DNA of 63,608 nucleotides, filler included, from Chiloscyllium plagiosum (taxonomy: Eukaryota): assembly GCF_004010195.1 (NCBI RefSeq). It is 5 parts of one record of this genome, joined end to end, with 100 filler letters (N's around TTAATTAATTAA, not from the genome) between each part and the next. Parts side by side here need not be neighbours in the genome. Positions count along the whole stretch, not along the records: positions 1 to 16,288 come from NC_057717.1; 4 more parts are not named here. One strand, 5' to 3'. Below, piece by piece: positions 1-12,820 of the stretch. The translations under genes were made by a program, and so were the position numbers. Numbering within the stretch: the stretch's first letter is position 1; every line of letters begins with the position of its first letter. The notes under the pieces are model-generated. The model worked only from the letters and a program-made list of their open reading frames with translations. It was not told where the DNA came from and did no database searches.

Positions 1-468
1 GTTTTATTTTTTTTTCAACAATTGACCATGGATTTATGGGAGTTATTAGTTTCGTAATTCCAGATATTTACTGAATCCCAATTCTACCACCTAGCATGGT
101 CGGAGTCAACTCCGAGTCCCTGGTGTCTGAATTAACAGTCCAGTGGTAAGAGCGCTTGGCCATTGCGGAAAACCGATCAAACTGATCTTTTCCAACGGAG
201 GTGCTTTTCGCCGATACTGTCCTGTGTAATTTTCCTGAGCATGACCCTCTAATAATCTCTTGTCCGTCTCAGTAAAAGTTGCTACATGAGTATTGATCTC
301 ACAACAGCGGAACCAAATGGATCAACTGGTCTGCAGGTCCCGATCGTGGGGTTGGTGCACGTTCACCCAGCAAAAGTGACCACAGCAGCACAGACTGAAC
401 GGTATCAATGTGAGAGTCAGTGTTTGATTCTGCAGTGCCTTAATGAAATAGAAAATGACTCCACAAAA

Positions 469-578
469 GAGCAGCGCTCCGAAAGCTAGTGCTTCAATTA
501 AACATGTAAGACTATAACCTGGTGTTGTGTGATTATTAACTTTGTACAACATCGTCCAACACCGGCATCCTCAAATTA
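469..578 (+). mobile_element. Short Penelope-type terminal-repeat fragment (GAGCAGCGCTCCGAAAGCTAGTG family)
   Basis: Absent from the homologous inverted arm. Related copies occur at about 6935-7015 and 42690-42810 on the opposite strand. It carries the 3' half of a hammerhead core. Confidence 0.55.
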
Positions 579-794
579 ATGAAATGGTGGTGTTGAACGG
601 AAAGTCGGGTTAATGATCGGAGGAGGGAAGAAATCTCTGAGAACGGGTGGATTTGAATGCTGACATATGAAACACCAAGTTATGAGCGAGCAGAATTTGA
701 AGGAAAAAGATTATTGCCTTGGACAAAATTACCATGTTAAAACAACTTATACCTTTCTGTGCTTCACAAAATCTGGGTCGAATAGAGAAACTCC

Positions 795-866
795 TGCCGT
801 GACTCGGATTCGAACCGAGGTTTCTGCGGCCAGAACGCAGAGTACTAACCACTATACGATCGTGGC
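795..866 (-). tRNA. tRNA-His-type gene with anticodon changed to CTG (Gln); probable pseudogene
   Basis: The reverse complement is GCCACGATCGTATAGTGGTTAGTACTCTGCGTTCTGGCCGCAGAAACCTCGGTTCGAATCCGAGTCACGGCA, 4 nt from vertebrate tRNA-His-GTG. A and B boxes and the anticodon and T stems are intact. There are two acceptor-stem mismatches. Confidence 0.9.
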
Positions 867-1689
867 ATCCCACAAATCAGCACACCACCAGGTGCTATAA
901 GTACAGTAACATAGACAATGTTAGGCAGAGCACCAAACACACAATATCAGTGCTCAGCGAACAGTGACAGCTCTGTGGGAACTCAGAATGGGGTGACCAT
1001 TTAACATCGGTGCCCGCAGAGGCTGTGGTGATTCCATCATTAATATGCTGAAGGCGGAGATAAATAGATTTCTTCAAAACATCAAATTCTCTGGGGGCAG
1101 TGCAGTTTTTGTTGAAATGTATGCTGCAATCGCAATGCAGTTTAACATCGGCTCCTTCACCAGCTCCCCACACAAGGCAGTAACCACTGCTGCCACAGAG
1201 TCCCAGTTCCCAGCCCCAGAATCAGAGGAATTGAGTGGCGCAGTCACAAAGATCCAACTGGAAATCGGGATGGGAATGAGGTCGCAGAGATACTCGATGG
1301 CTCCAGTGACACAACCGGAGAGTGCGCGGTACTTCTATGAGGGTTTAGAGGCGTGAGCAGTTCCGTGGTTGCGAATGTTTCTGGTCAAAGGAGGGCAGAA
1401 GGGAAATTTGTTCCCGTTTATAATGACATAACAATCTACAGAGCATCTTGCTGAGACAGCTGAGTGCCACAACTGGAGAGAGGGCGGCTGGTTTGAAGTT
1501 TGATTTCCCTTCACCATCACCCACTTCCCTGGAATGAATTGATTTCACCATTTTTATTTCCAATTGTTTGATATCTCCCTGTAGTCTGCGGCCTTTCTTC
1601 CTCATGGTTAATTGCATGACGAACTGTTGTATCATCTGCACACTGCTAAATCTCGGCCATAAATATGAATGATTGATCTATATGAGAAA

Positions 1690-2670
1690 GCAGTGGAACA
1701 CACAGCAGGCATGCTGCGTAGGTTTGCAGGCGACATCAGAATTGTAGACAGTAAGGAAGATTATATAAGATTCAAACGGATATTAATCCAATGACTCGTT
1801 GGACTGAAAAATGTAACATGGAGTTCAATCTGGATAAATGGAAGGTTTTGCATTTTGGTACAACAACAAGAGTAGGGCTTTGCGTAGTGTTGGAGAACAC
1901 GGAAGCTAGGGATGCAGGTATATAATTCTTTGTAATTTGCCTCACCTATAGACAAGATGGGTCAAAGGCATTTAACATACTTCCCTTCATTGCTCAGTCC
2001 ATTGTGTATGTTCAAGGTTTGCAGGACATTGATGAGGCCTCTTCTGGAATATGATGTCCAGTTCTGGCCGCCCAGTTGTAGGAATGATATTATTCAGCTG
2101 GAGCAGGTTCAGAAAAGGTATACACGCATGATGCCGTGCGTGGAAGGTTTGAGTTATAATGAAAGGCTGGATAGGCTGAGATTATTTCAGATTTGGGATT
2201 GGGGTGCTGGAAAACCACAACAGGTAAGACAGCATGCGAGGAGCAGGGGAATCATTTTTTCGTGCAAGTGTCGTTCATCAGGCTTTTCCCTGAAACGTCA
2301 ATTCTCCTACTCCTCAAATACTGCCTGACCTGCTGTGCTTTCCCAGCCCAACACTATCGACTCTGATCCATCATCTACTAGTTGAGACTGGTTTCACTTG
2401 AGGTTAGGGTTTTGAGGGGCGACCTGACAGAAATTTATAAATGCTTGAGAGGCAAGTTAGAGTTAACGTTAGCTGGCTATTCCTAGGAGGGGATTTCAAG
2501 ACGAGACTGCATTTGTTTAAGATGTAAAGAGAGAGAGTTATAAAAAAAGACATGTGAGGCTTTTTTTTAAGAAAAGGTGTTATACGTGTGCAAATAACTT
2601 GCTGAGGAAGTGATGGATGAGGGTACATTTGCAAGATTTAAAGAACAATTCGATCCAAACATGAATGAGA
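1690..2670 (+). mobile_element. CR1-type LINE RT C-terminal/3' fragment, interrupted at about 2190-2375 by a palindromic Penelope-derived insert
   Basis: Peptide RTLMRPLLEYDVQFWPP...IIQLEQVQKRYTRMM...LSYNERLDRLRLF. Confidence 0.85.
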
Positions 2671-2689
2671 AAGTGGGATTTTTAAAATA

Positions 2690-3000
2690 AATTTATTCAT
2701 GCCTAGTACATCAGTTATTTCCCAGAGGACAGTTAAGAGTCAACCGCAATATTATCCATCTGGAGCCTCCTGTGGGACAGAGCAGATGAATATGAAAGTC
2801 TGCTTCCCGAACTGGCATGAGTGAATCAGATGGGATTTTCCAAACAACTGATTCAGGTCATCACGAGACTCTTCAATTCCAGGTGCTTATTGCATTCAAA
2901 CTCCACCATCTGTCATGGCAGGACCTGAACCCTTTGTCCCCAAAATATTACCTGGGAGTTTGATTAACAATACAGTAATAAAACTACAAGGGTATTATCA
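2690..3000 (-). mobile_element. tRNA-derived SINE (second family), degenerate
   Basis: Reverse-complement similarity to the near-complete copy at 49915-50270. Confidence 0.6.
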
Positions 3001-3184
3001 CCATTCAGCGGGTACAGGAGGAGGCATACGGGACGAGATTAGTTTGGCAGAATGTTCAGCATGGGTTGGTTGGTCTGACGGGCCTGTTTTCATGCTGTAT
3101 GACTCTATGATTGACGCTATGGAGCAGGCAGCTGCTTGGGATTAACAGCAGCATTGACAGCATAACCGAACACCTGATGGGATA

Positions 3185-3345
3185 TGTAATCCTGCTGGAG
3201 TCTCCGGAGGTTGTTTTGTTCACTGATCCCTTCCCACACACGGGACTGGTGAACGGTTTCTCCCCAGTGTTACTGATTAAATGAGTTTCCATTTCTGTGG
3301 TTAATTTAATCTCTTCCTGCAGTTCCCACATACCCTGCTTTCTCT
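3185..3345 (-). pseudogene. C2H2 zinc-finger gene relic (about two fingers)
   Basis: ETHLISNTGEKPFTSPVCGKG contains the TGEKPF linker and CGKG. Frameshifted, with Zn ligands lost. Confidence 0.7.
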
Positions 3346-4156
3346 GTCGTATCGGCGTCCTTTTTTTCAACCCAGGGTGAACGATCCTTTCAAATTGTGT
3401 CCACACAGATACAAATCCTGTTTTCCACGTTGTTAATGTGTTTTCATTCTTTCTCGTTCACCCACAGGGTGTGAGTATCACTGGTCAGGCAACATTTATT
3501 CTTCGCCCCTTGTTCGTTGCTGTCTGGCTACACCACAAACCCGGGTGCGATCCCAGCCTCTTGTGTCTGTTTGTGGGCAGTCTGCACATTCTCTGTATGT
3601 TTGCGTTTTTATTTCTCCCTCTGACCAAAGATGTGCCAGTTACAGCGATCAATAATGGGAAAAGCAGGCTTATGGGACAGGGAATACCGTGGGGTCTGGT
3701 GGGATGCGCTTCGGATGGACCGTCTGGACTGGAAGGGGCGACTACCCTGCTTCCCCAAAACAATGGGGATTCTTGAAGTAAGGGTCAGCTCATGTTTTTC
3801 TGGCCCTGGAGTCTCTCGAAGGCAGGACTGGGTGAGGATTCTGCATAAGGGACATGAATGAATGGGATTGCAGGAAATTAAAGTTATTATCTCTGTTCCT
3901 GAGGTCAGGCTAGCATTCCAGGTTTTATTCGTCGAACTTAAACATCACGGTTTCAGTGTCCCAGCCCCCAAGGACAACCAGTTCAAAATATCACTGCAAC
4001 ACCACCTTCCCCAGGTTGAAGTCTTTACTGTGTGGAAGAAACTGATTCTGAGCTGATGCAAGCAAACGCAGCTTCCATCGCCAGTGTCGGAAACACAGAT
4101 CCAAACAGCAAAATCATCTGTTTAACCCACCACTGCAAAGTTAACGGCTCAACACG

Positions 4157-5165
4157 CTCCAATTGTGCCACTCAGCTGTCTTAGCAAGATGCACTGTAAA
4201 TCGCTATGATAGTATAAACAGGGGCAACTATTCCCTTGATCAGGATTATACTCAACCTAGGAATTTCTTGCGCCTCTATAGCATCCATAGAAGAACCGCA
4301 CTGTCACCTCTTGCATCACTGGAACCAGAGAGTAACATCGCGAACTCATCCCATCCCCATTTCCGGTTGGATCTGGGAGGCTGTGCCGCAGTTTCTCTGA
4401 TTCCGAGGCTGTGAACTGGGATTATCTGCAACACTGGTTACTGCCTATACATTTCAACAATATTCTGTACTGTCCACCGAGTCTTTGGTATTTTGGCGAA
4501 ATCTATCAATCTCAGTTTTTAACATTCTCATTCAAGGATCTCCACAGCCTCTGAAGACACCGAACTTAAAGATTCAACTCATTCTCAGTTCCCACTGTTC
4601 GCTGAGTACTGAAATTGTACATTTGCTGTTCTTCCGAACATTTCCTCTGCTCGTATTCTTATTGCTGCTTGCAAGCATCCTGTTCTGTGGTTGCTGTGAA
4701 CGTGGTTGTCGGTATTTTGACTGTGACCACAGCAACCTCGGTTCGAAATCATAAACGACTAAGTGTTCTCTCCGTTGTCTTTTTTGTGACACATGCTAAG
4801 AAATTAATTGTTTTACCTTCAAATTCCGCTCTCTCACATCTCTGCGTTTCATATATCAGGATTCAAACACACCAGTTGTTGGAGATTCCTCTTCTTCCCA
4901 CGATCATTAAACCTTCTTTCCGTCCCTCCTCCCATTTCTCTGAGGTAATGCACAATCTATCACTCTCTTTCACATTCATAGTGTTTTGTCTGTACTGCGG
5001 TCACTTTTGCTGGATAAATGTGCCCCAATCCCACTTTCGGGACCTCCAAACAAGTCGATCCATTTGAATACCGCGGTTGTGAAATCAATCCCCATGTAGC
5101 TGCTTTTACTGACATAGGACAGAAACAATTGGAGGGTCAGGCTCATGGAAAAGACCCAGGCCAGT
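4157..5165. repeat. Right arm of the inverted segmental duplication carrying tRNA-His
   Basis: Diverged reverse-complement match to 225-1478. Confidence 0.85.
4693..4760 (+). pseudogene. Degenerate tRNA-His(GTG)
   Basis: GCTGTGA...CTGTGACCACAGCAACCTCGGTTCGAA matches the His 3' half. It occupies the homologous position in the inverted copy of the block holding the 795-866 gene. Confidence 0.75.
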
Positions 5166-6014
5166 TTTGGGGAAAAAAGATTGTACTGGAAATGATCAGC
5201 TTTTGTGGCTTTCTNNNNNNNNNNNNNNNNNNNNNNNNNNNNNNNNNNNNNNNNNNNNNNNNNNNNNNNNNNNNNNNNNNNNNNNNNNNNNNNNNNNNNN
5301 NNNNNNNNNNNNNNNNNNNNNNNNNNNNNNNNNNNNNNNNNNNNNNNNNNNNNNNNNNNNNNNNNNNNNNNNNNNNNNNNNNNNNNNNNNNNNNNNNNNN
5401 NNNNNNNNNNNNNNNNNNNNNNNNNNNNNNNNNNNNNNNNNNNNNNNNNNNNNNNNNNNNNNNNNNNNNNNNNNNNNNNNNNNNNNNNNNNNNNNNNNNN
5501 NNNNNNNNNNNNNNNNNNNNNNNNNNNNNNNNNNNNNNNNNNNNNNNNNNNNNNNNNNNNNNNNNNNNNNNNNNNNNNNNNNNNNNNNNNNNNNNNNNNN
5601 NNNNNNNNNNNNNNNNNNNNNNNNNNNNNNNNNNNNNNNNNNNNNNNNNNNNNNNNNNNNNNNNNNNNNNNNNNNNNNNNNNNNNNNNNNNNNNNNNNNN
5701 NNNNNNNNNNNNNNNNNNNNNNNNNNNNNNNNNNNNNNNNNNNNNNNNNNNNNNNNNNNNNNNNNNNNNNNNNNNNNNNNNNNNNNNNNNNNNNNNNNNN
5801 NNNNNNNNNNNNNNNNNNNNNNNNNNNNNNNNNNNATCTCGTTCACTGATGTCATTTCAGGAAGGAATCTGCTGTCCTTACTTGGTCTGGCCTCCATGTG
5901 ACTTCAGACTCATAACAATATGGTTGAGTCTCAATTGCCCTCTGGGCAATTCAGAATGTGAAATAAATTCTGCTTAGCCAGAATCGCCCTCATACTAATA
6001 TAGAAATTTTAAAC

Positions 6015-6430
6015 AAATGTTCATTAGGCTCAAGCAAGAGTGTTGTGTGCAGTTTTGCAAGTCACATTATCGCAGGGATGTGATCACACTGAGAAACTTG
6101 CAGGAGATATTTACCGGGATATTGTGTGGGATGAAGAGTTTCAGTTGTGAAGAAAGACAGAACAGAGTGGAGTGTTTGCCCCAGTGTAAAGGAGATGTAA
6201 AGGAGACATGATTGAGATAGGTATGGACAGGGATGACTGAACGAGTTTCCCATTGATGGAGGGATCGATTAGCAGGGGCCAGAGATTTAACGAGAAAGGC
6301 AGAATGGTTTCAGAAGATGTGCGAAACTGCCTTATAAGCCAGTAGGTGGTTGCAATTTGGAATACACTGTCTGCATTTTTCAGAGTGGCAAGTGCGGGTA
6401 TTGATACTTATCCTTCCATTCTCGATGGGG
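6015..6430 (+). mobile_element. Old CR1 3' fragment
   Basis: Peptide IRLKQECCVQFCKSHYRRDVITL, a degenerate form of the CR1 RT C-terminus. Confidence 0.65.
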
Positions 6431-8146
6431 TATGTCACAGGAAGGACAGTGCTGCCTGAATCAAGTGGGGAATAACAGCAGCTCTCAGGGAGGCAGAGTG
6501 TCAGTGAAGGCGTAAACATGTGAACTTTGCAAACTGCACCTTGTTGCAGTGTTGGAATGAAAAACATTCGGCAGACTTGTTCCGAATTGAAGTGTTTATT
6601 GGAAGCAGGAAGTTGAGGAAGAAACAGCGTAAAATCATTCAAATATGAGTGCAGAAACATTTCCCGCAGCACGAATCAGATTGTAAAGCTCAGAGTAGCG
6701 TTTCGATACATTGAATTTGGGTTGATTTGCTTTGATGTAGCTGAGTTCCCAGGGTATAAAGCCATTAAATATGATTCAGATTTTGCTCACTATGATGGAA
6801 CATTGGCTCAGTAATTCGCATTACTGTTCGGTCTGAGGGTTATGTTGATTGGCCAAGTTAAATTGCCCTCTCGTGTGCAGGGAGTGAATTAAGTAAGTTT
6901 AATGAATTAGCCATAGGTAACGCGGGGGCAATATCAGAAGTCACAAGACGCCAGGTTATAGCCCAACAGCTTTATTTGACATCATAATGGGGAGGGTTGC
7001 CCCTTCTTCTGGTGAAATATAAGGGAATGGGGAGGAGAGAGAGGTCTTGGTGAGATGCTCGTCAGAGTGTCGACACCGCCTCGATTGACTGAAAGGCTCT
7101 TTCTGCACTATAGGATTCTGTGAATCTATCGGAGAGGATAATGACGGTGTTTACTGGGGTGTAAAACCATTAGAAGCGATGCTGACAAGGTATACTGAGG
7201 ATGAGATTTTATTCACTTGTTGTCTTCGAAAATTGAGAACAGTTATCCCTGAACCAAGAAAGACTTAATTGGAGTTTTTTCAGGTTATGAAATGTTTGGA
7301 CAGAGTAAATAGGTGGAAAATTCCCTCTTTCAAGTAAGTAAACATCTAGATATCAGGCATACAATACCTTTGATAAAACCTTTGAAGGACAAAGAAATGA
7401 TGAGAGCAGAATCGCTGTCACTCCAAGAAACTATTTTTCAAAATATTTGGAAAGGCACATTTGGTGACATACAAGGAATAAATTTCACAAGGAGAGAGAC
7501 AGCGTGTGGCTCGGTAAAGGTCTAGGGGTGGGGTGTATTCGGTCGGAAGTTGCGGGGAAACAATGTCTAAGTGGGTTGACTTGAAATGTAAAGACATTTC
7601 GTGAATGAGGACAAACACCATGATGTTTGGTCCATTTTCTACTCGGTGAAATCTGCCAAAGCAAGGAGCAACAAAACTGGTGGGTTTATTTTGCATTTTA
7701 ACACTTTGATTTTCGGAGAAAGATTTTCCTTAAGCTGAAATAAAGTCGGAGCAAATTTGAATACAACATTAATCGTTACAATGAGATTTATCTAATTCAC
7801 TTCTGATTATTACAATGAATATTGTGAGGTTGCAGCAAAATTAAAATGAAACGAACAAAACAGCGTTTCTTGCGATTTAATCCAATTCAGGTTCAGCCAT
7901 ATCAGAAAGGCCATTGAGCCACAACATTGCCTTTATTTCCCTCTCCATGGCTGCTTCTTCACGTGAGAGAGAAAGTGACTGAAGAAATTATGAGAAAAAA
8001 CTGTAGGTGTGAATATGACGGAAAATTCTTGTTCTCTGTTTCATTCTGACATAGTTCTGACTCAGAATGTATCAATGACAGCTATTTATTCTGTCAAGCA
8101 TGGCTATTTATTGGAATTTGCTGTTATTATAATTCTGGTGCAAGCA

Positions 8147-8422
8147 GAAACACAATGGCGTGGAAACAGGGCCTCCGGCCCAACAAGTCCACAGCGACCC
8201 GCCGAAGTGCAACCCACCCATACATTTGCCCCTTACCTAACACTACGGGCAATTTAGCATGGCCAATTCACCTGCACATTTTTGGACTGTGGGAGGAAAC
8301 CGGAGCACCCGGAGGAAACCCACGCAGACACGGGGAGAACGTGCAAACGCCACACAGTCAGTCGCCTGAGGTGGGAACTGAACCCGGGTCTCTGGCGCTG
8401 CGAGGCAGCAGTGCTAACCACC
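8147..8422 (-). mobile_element. HE1-like V-SINE
   Basis: V-SINE core CTGCACATTTTTGGACTGTGGGAGGAAACCGGAGCACCCGGAGGAAACCCACGCAGACACGGGGAGAACGTGCAAAC, with a tRNA-like head and a CR1-like tail. Confidence 0.9.
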
Positions 8423-8479
8423 CTTTACTTTCACCACATGTAACCTGATCAGGTGACATGTCACTCCTCTTCAAAATGT

Positions 8480-8561
8480 GCTGCGAAGACTGAGCGATTA
8501 TGGTGTTGGGTTATTATACCGCTGTGCTCCACATTCACGAGTTCGAGTTACACTCTGTTTG
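8480..8561 (+). pseudogene. Highly degenerate tRNA-Ser-like sequence
   Basis: 82 nt, colinear with vertebrate tRNA-Ser: GCTGCGAAGACTGAGCGATTATGGTGTTGG ... TGTGCTC (variable arm) ... GTTCGA. Confidence 0.45.
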
Positions 8562-8732
8562 CTAACTTCACAAACCACTCCAGCAGTTTTATTGGCACCT
8601 CACACTCTGGTATACACTGGATCGAGAATCTTGTTCTTGCCCTTCACTGCATGGGAGATTCACAAATAATTCACCACATTAAAGTCGAAATGAAGAGTGA
8701 GAGCAGTCATTCTATTCAATTGTAGATGAAAT

Positions 8733-9229
8733 TGTTGTAATGAGAATGAACGCATTTTTCGTTCCGCCCTACATTTCATCTTGTCTTTCTATGAACTTAC
8801 ATCGAAAGAAAGAGAAACAAATAACAAGAGATCGGGAGCACAAGTTTATCCAGTATGGTTGTTCATGAGTATCTTAACCTAACACTCCACACAATGATCT
8901 GATCAGTAAGTCAAACAGTCATTCGGAATTGGAACCGCAGAAAATTTCTCCAATGAAACGAACCCTTCATTCTTGCACAAATTTATGCTGTGTGTGAATC
9001 GTACAACGATCCATCATCCAGCGTGATCACTGACTTGCCAACTGTATAAGGTCCACCAACGTTCTTCAGCAAACCCAGCTTCTGTACACAGCCACCTGTG
9101 CTGTGCCCAGTGTCATTTGTTGAACCCAGGTCACAGCACATTTCTTCTTCCTGAGTTTATGTGCCTTGTTCCTGATCTGTCTGATCAGTTTAATAAACCT
9201 TTACTATCACGTCATCCCATCCCCTTACA
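8733..9229 (+). mobile_element. Possible solo LTR
   Basis: TG...CA ends, a TATAA-like motif near 9046 and AATAAA near 9192. No TSD verified. Confidence 0.3.
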
Positions 9230-9431
9230 AGTCTGAACTTATGAATAAAATAAGGCGTTAGACCAAATGTTAAACCACTGGAAGTTTGCCACTCAGCCCA
9301 TGGAGTCTGCCCCACTATTCAACGAACTCATGGTTAATATGATAATCTTTAACTCCTTTCTGCTCAGTTACCTCGACAGATTTTCATCATCTTTCTGGCT
9401 AACTATCTGGCACAGTTTGAAAATTGTGATT

Positions 9432-9510
9432 TCCTGAAGAAGGGCTTATGCCACAAACGTCGATTCTCCTGCTCCTTGGATCCTGCCTGACCTGCTGCGC
9501 TTTTCCAGTT
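9432..9510 (+). mobile_element. Penelope terminal-repeat fragment with a mutated hammerhead core
   Basis: CCTGAAGAAGGGCTTATGCCACAAACGTCGATTCTCCTGCTCC, the same family as 21236-21390, 26271-26390 and 63493-63608. Confidence 0.75.
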
Positions 9511-11644
9511 GAAAAATGCCACAGATGTTTTGGTCCCTGAGCAAGAAATTACTCCTCATTTCTGAATTAAATGGAAAATACCTAATTCTGAGATTATGTC
9601 CTCTGGTGCTCTCCTCACAGCACAAGGGCAAACCATTGGCCCGTATCTACCCTGTCAAGACCCCACGAATATTGAACGTTTATAATTCTCCCCTCCACCT
9701 CCTTTGTTTCGAGGAGAATAATCCCAGCCTAACCAATCATTCCAGTAAGCTCCATTTTATACAGAGTTGGCAACATCCTCGTAAGTCTCTGTTGTCCCCT
9801 CCAGCATCCTTACATGCTATTAAGACAGCTGGAGAAATTTCGGCGAGGAAACGGGTTGAAATTTCAGGCGCAGACGGGAATTGGAACTTGAAATCAGAAA
9901 GCGAATAGAATCGGATTGATCCACAGAAGGACCAAATACAGCATCGATTACTCTGACAAATGAGAATCTAATCTTTGTCAGAGAAATGGAACCTGACCGC
10001 CCATATAAAGAAGTTGACGACAAAAACATGTCCGCCGGTGGACTTTGTTTGATTATTAACTCAACTCTTGTCTCCGTGAAGCCGACATCGCCCGCAACGC
10101 ACAAATTAGAGGTTTAACTGAACTCTCTCCATTTGCCTAGGTGGGTGCAGCTTCAATACCACTGAGGGAACTGGACACCCTCCACGACAATGCATCACTT
10201 AACTGTACATTGTTCAACACCTAAATATTTATTTCCTCAACCGCTGAGGCACAATTGCAGCAGAGTACACCACCTAGAAGATTCACTAAAGTAAGTCATC
10301 CAGGCTTTGTTGACAGAACCTTCTAAGCTCAAAAACTGTACCGACTATAACGATAAGGTTGAAGATGCACTGAAACGTCACCATTTACAAATTATCCTCC
10401 AAGGCACATACCAGCATGACTTGGAGAGGAACCAGTGGTAAATTCATTGAGTGGTGAAGCGGTCTTGATGGGCAAAGAGTTATACTTCAGCCCTCCACCT
10501 TTTATTTTACAATATTTTAAAATGTTGATTATTGCATTGACCAGATTTGTGCTCATTCCTTTAGTTGTTTCCTAAACTGGCGGTTGCTAAAGATCAAATA
10601 TCATCCTGAATCTGTGGTCAACAATAGAAAATATATAAAAAACCTCTCAAACAGCTGATCTCCCTGTCCAACAATCTTCAAAGATCTATGAATAACTACT
10701 CCAAGATCTCTTTGTTACTGTACACCAATCAGAATCCTCACTGTTATTGTTTCAACTCCGCAGTTTCGTTACCACTTATTGTTTGGATTGAATTCCATTC
10801 GCCGTTTGTTCTCCCTTCCACCTGATTGATACATCCCTGCGGTCCCTGATATTGTTCATCACAGTCAACTACACGACCAATTGTTGCATCGTCTGAAAAC
10901 TTCTAAACATGACTACTACAACTAAGTTTGAATTATTGATTTACATCAGGAAACAGTGGTACTCCACTGTAAAAAGGCATCCAAGCATGGTTCATTTATG
11001 GATGGGATGAACACCTGCAATAACAGCAGAATCGGACCCTTGCTATTATTTTTAAAGCTAATGGCAACTCTGCAGGTTGGTCTCCTGACTGATTCCATCT
11101 CAAATATGCGAGTGGTGAATGACCTGTCCACATTGTGACTGAGCAAGTGAGTTTACATTTCAGCGGGTATTTTAATCCCTTCCTACAGACCCCGCCCCCA
11201 TGGACCTGACTATTGCGGCGTGGGTATCCTTCTGTCTATTTAGTTTGGATAATCAGTTGAATTTGAGACCACGCTGAGACGACTCCCGATGTTCCACATT
11301 ACCATGTATCTTTTTTATTCTTCCTTATTCTCCCACAGAGTGTGGCTATGATAGTCTGAACAGCATTTGTTGTTCATCCTTAACTCTCCTTGAACTGAGT
11401 CAGAGGGGATTTAGGGGTGAACCGTACTATTGTGGATCTGGAGTTATATGTTGCCAGGTCTCGTTAAGGACTGCCGATTTCCCTTTTGAAGGGACATGAA
11501 TGAATGGGTTTCGAGCAAATTAAAACTTTTTGTCACTCTTCCTCTGAGCAGGTTTATATTCCAGATTTTATTCATCAAATCTAATTACCAGCAGCTGCCA
11601 TGCTCCATTCTCCAAGGGTTGCTAGCCCAAATATCGCCATTACA

Positions 11645-12510
11645 TTTGCAGATGACACGAAGATTGGTGGAGTAGCAGAAAGCATCGGGGACTGTCAATG
11701 AATGAAGGGGAATGTAGATAGACAGGAGAGTTGAGCGGAGAAGTGGCAGGTGGAGTTGGATCCAGGTAAATATGAGGTGATGCATTTTGGGAAGTCTAAT
11801 TCGAGAGCCAAGTAAACGGAAGAGCCTTAGGTAAAGTTGATGAGCAGAGCGATCTGGGAATTCAGGTCCTTTGCACCCTGAAGGTGCTGCACAGGTGGAT
11901 CGAGTTGACAAGAAGGCATATGGCAAGCTTGCCTTCACCGGACGGGGCATTGAGTATAAGAGCTGGCAGGTCATGCTAAAAGTGTACAAGATTTTGATTC
12001 AAACTCATATAGAATGCTGTGTACAGTTCTGGCTGCTAAATTACCAATACGATGTGGACGTTTAGGTGAGTATGCAGGGAAGATTTATGAGGATGTTGCC
12101 TGTTCTGGAAGATGCTTGCTCTGAGGAGAGATTGACGGGGGCCTGATTGACATCTATAAAATCTTGAATCATCAGGGTGGATAGAGATACGGTTTTTTCC
12201 CAAGGTGAGGGTTTAAATAATGAGAGGTCACGCGTTCAAGGTGAGAGGTGAAAAGTTTAAGAGAGATAGACGTTGGATGTATTTTTCACAGAGGGTGGTA
12301 GGTGCCTGGAACGTGTTGCCAGCAGAGGTAGTCGAGGTAAGCAGGGTCGATTCATTTCAGGTGCGCCTGCACAGATGCATGAGTAGGTGGGGTGCAGAGG
12401 AATACAGATGCTTAGGAATTGAATGATAGGCTTAGAAAGTGGATTTGGATCAGTTCAAGCTTCCACTTTCAAAGGACCTGTTCCTGGGCTGTAAAATTTC
12501 TGTGTTCTTT
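11645..12510 (+). mobile_element. CR1 LINE 3' portion
   Basis: Begins at TTTGCAGATGACACGAAG (FADDTK). Peptides VDKKAYGKLAFTGRGIEYKS and RGHAFKVRGEKF...FSQRVVGAWNVLP. Confidence 0.9.
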
Positions 12511-12749
12511 GCTCTTCTTTGTTCACTAAACTACAAACTTCATGCTATATTGCTGCATTTCAGAGAATGACATTGTCAATTCCAATTATCACAGAGGGAA
12601 TGAGAATATGACATGTGGCTGTGTCGGAATGAATGTGATGTACGCTGGATTGGAGTGTTTACTGGGAGCAAGAGGCTGATGTGGAGACGATGTGATCAAA
12701 AACAGCGCTTACTGTCAAAGTAACAAAACAGCGCATTTATAAGGAAAAT

Positions 12750-12820
12750 TTCAGAGATTGGTTTCAATTAGTCGACCTCCTGCTTAAGGCTCTAGCACGC
12801 TTCCGCTGAGCAAATCTGCA
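12750..12820 (-). pseudogene. Degenerate initiator tRNA-Met
   Basis: The reverse complement GCAGATTTGCTCAGCGGAAGCGTGCTAGAGCCTTAAGCAGGAGGTCGACTAATTGAAACCAATCTCTG aligns with tRNAi-Met. The anticodon arm is mutated. Confidence 0.8.

Larger units (their letters stand above)
225..1478. repeat. Left arm of an inverted segmental duplication carrying tRNA-His
   Basis: Colinear reverse-complement similarity to 4157-5165, e.g. 1441 GAGCATCTTGCTGAGACAGCTGAGTGCCACAACTGGAG vs 4157-4195, 367-420 vs 4965-5015, and 597-658 vs 4860-4923. Confidence 0.85.

Noticed and set aside
5018..5977. Long ORFs across N-runs (also 27990-28762, 49310-49579, 57986-59088, 60307-60981)
   Set aside because: They are open only because N codons contain no stops.
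7508..7590. GGCTCG...GGTCTAGGGGT resembling the tRNA-Pro 5' end
   Set aside because: The similarity stops after about 20 nt and no cloverleaf forms.
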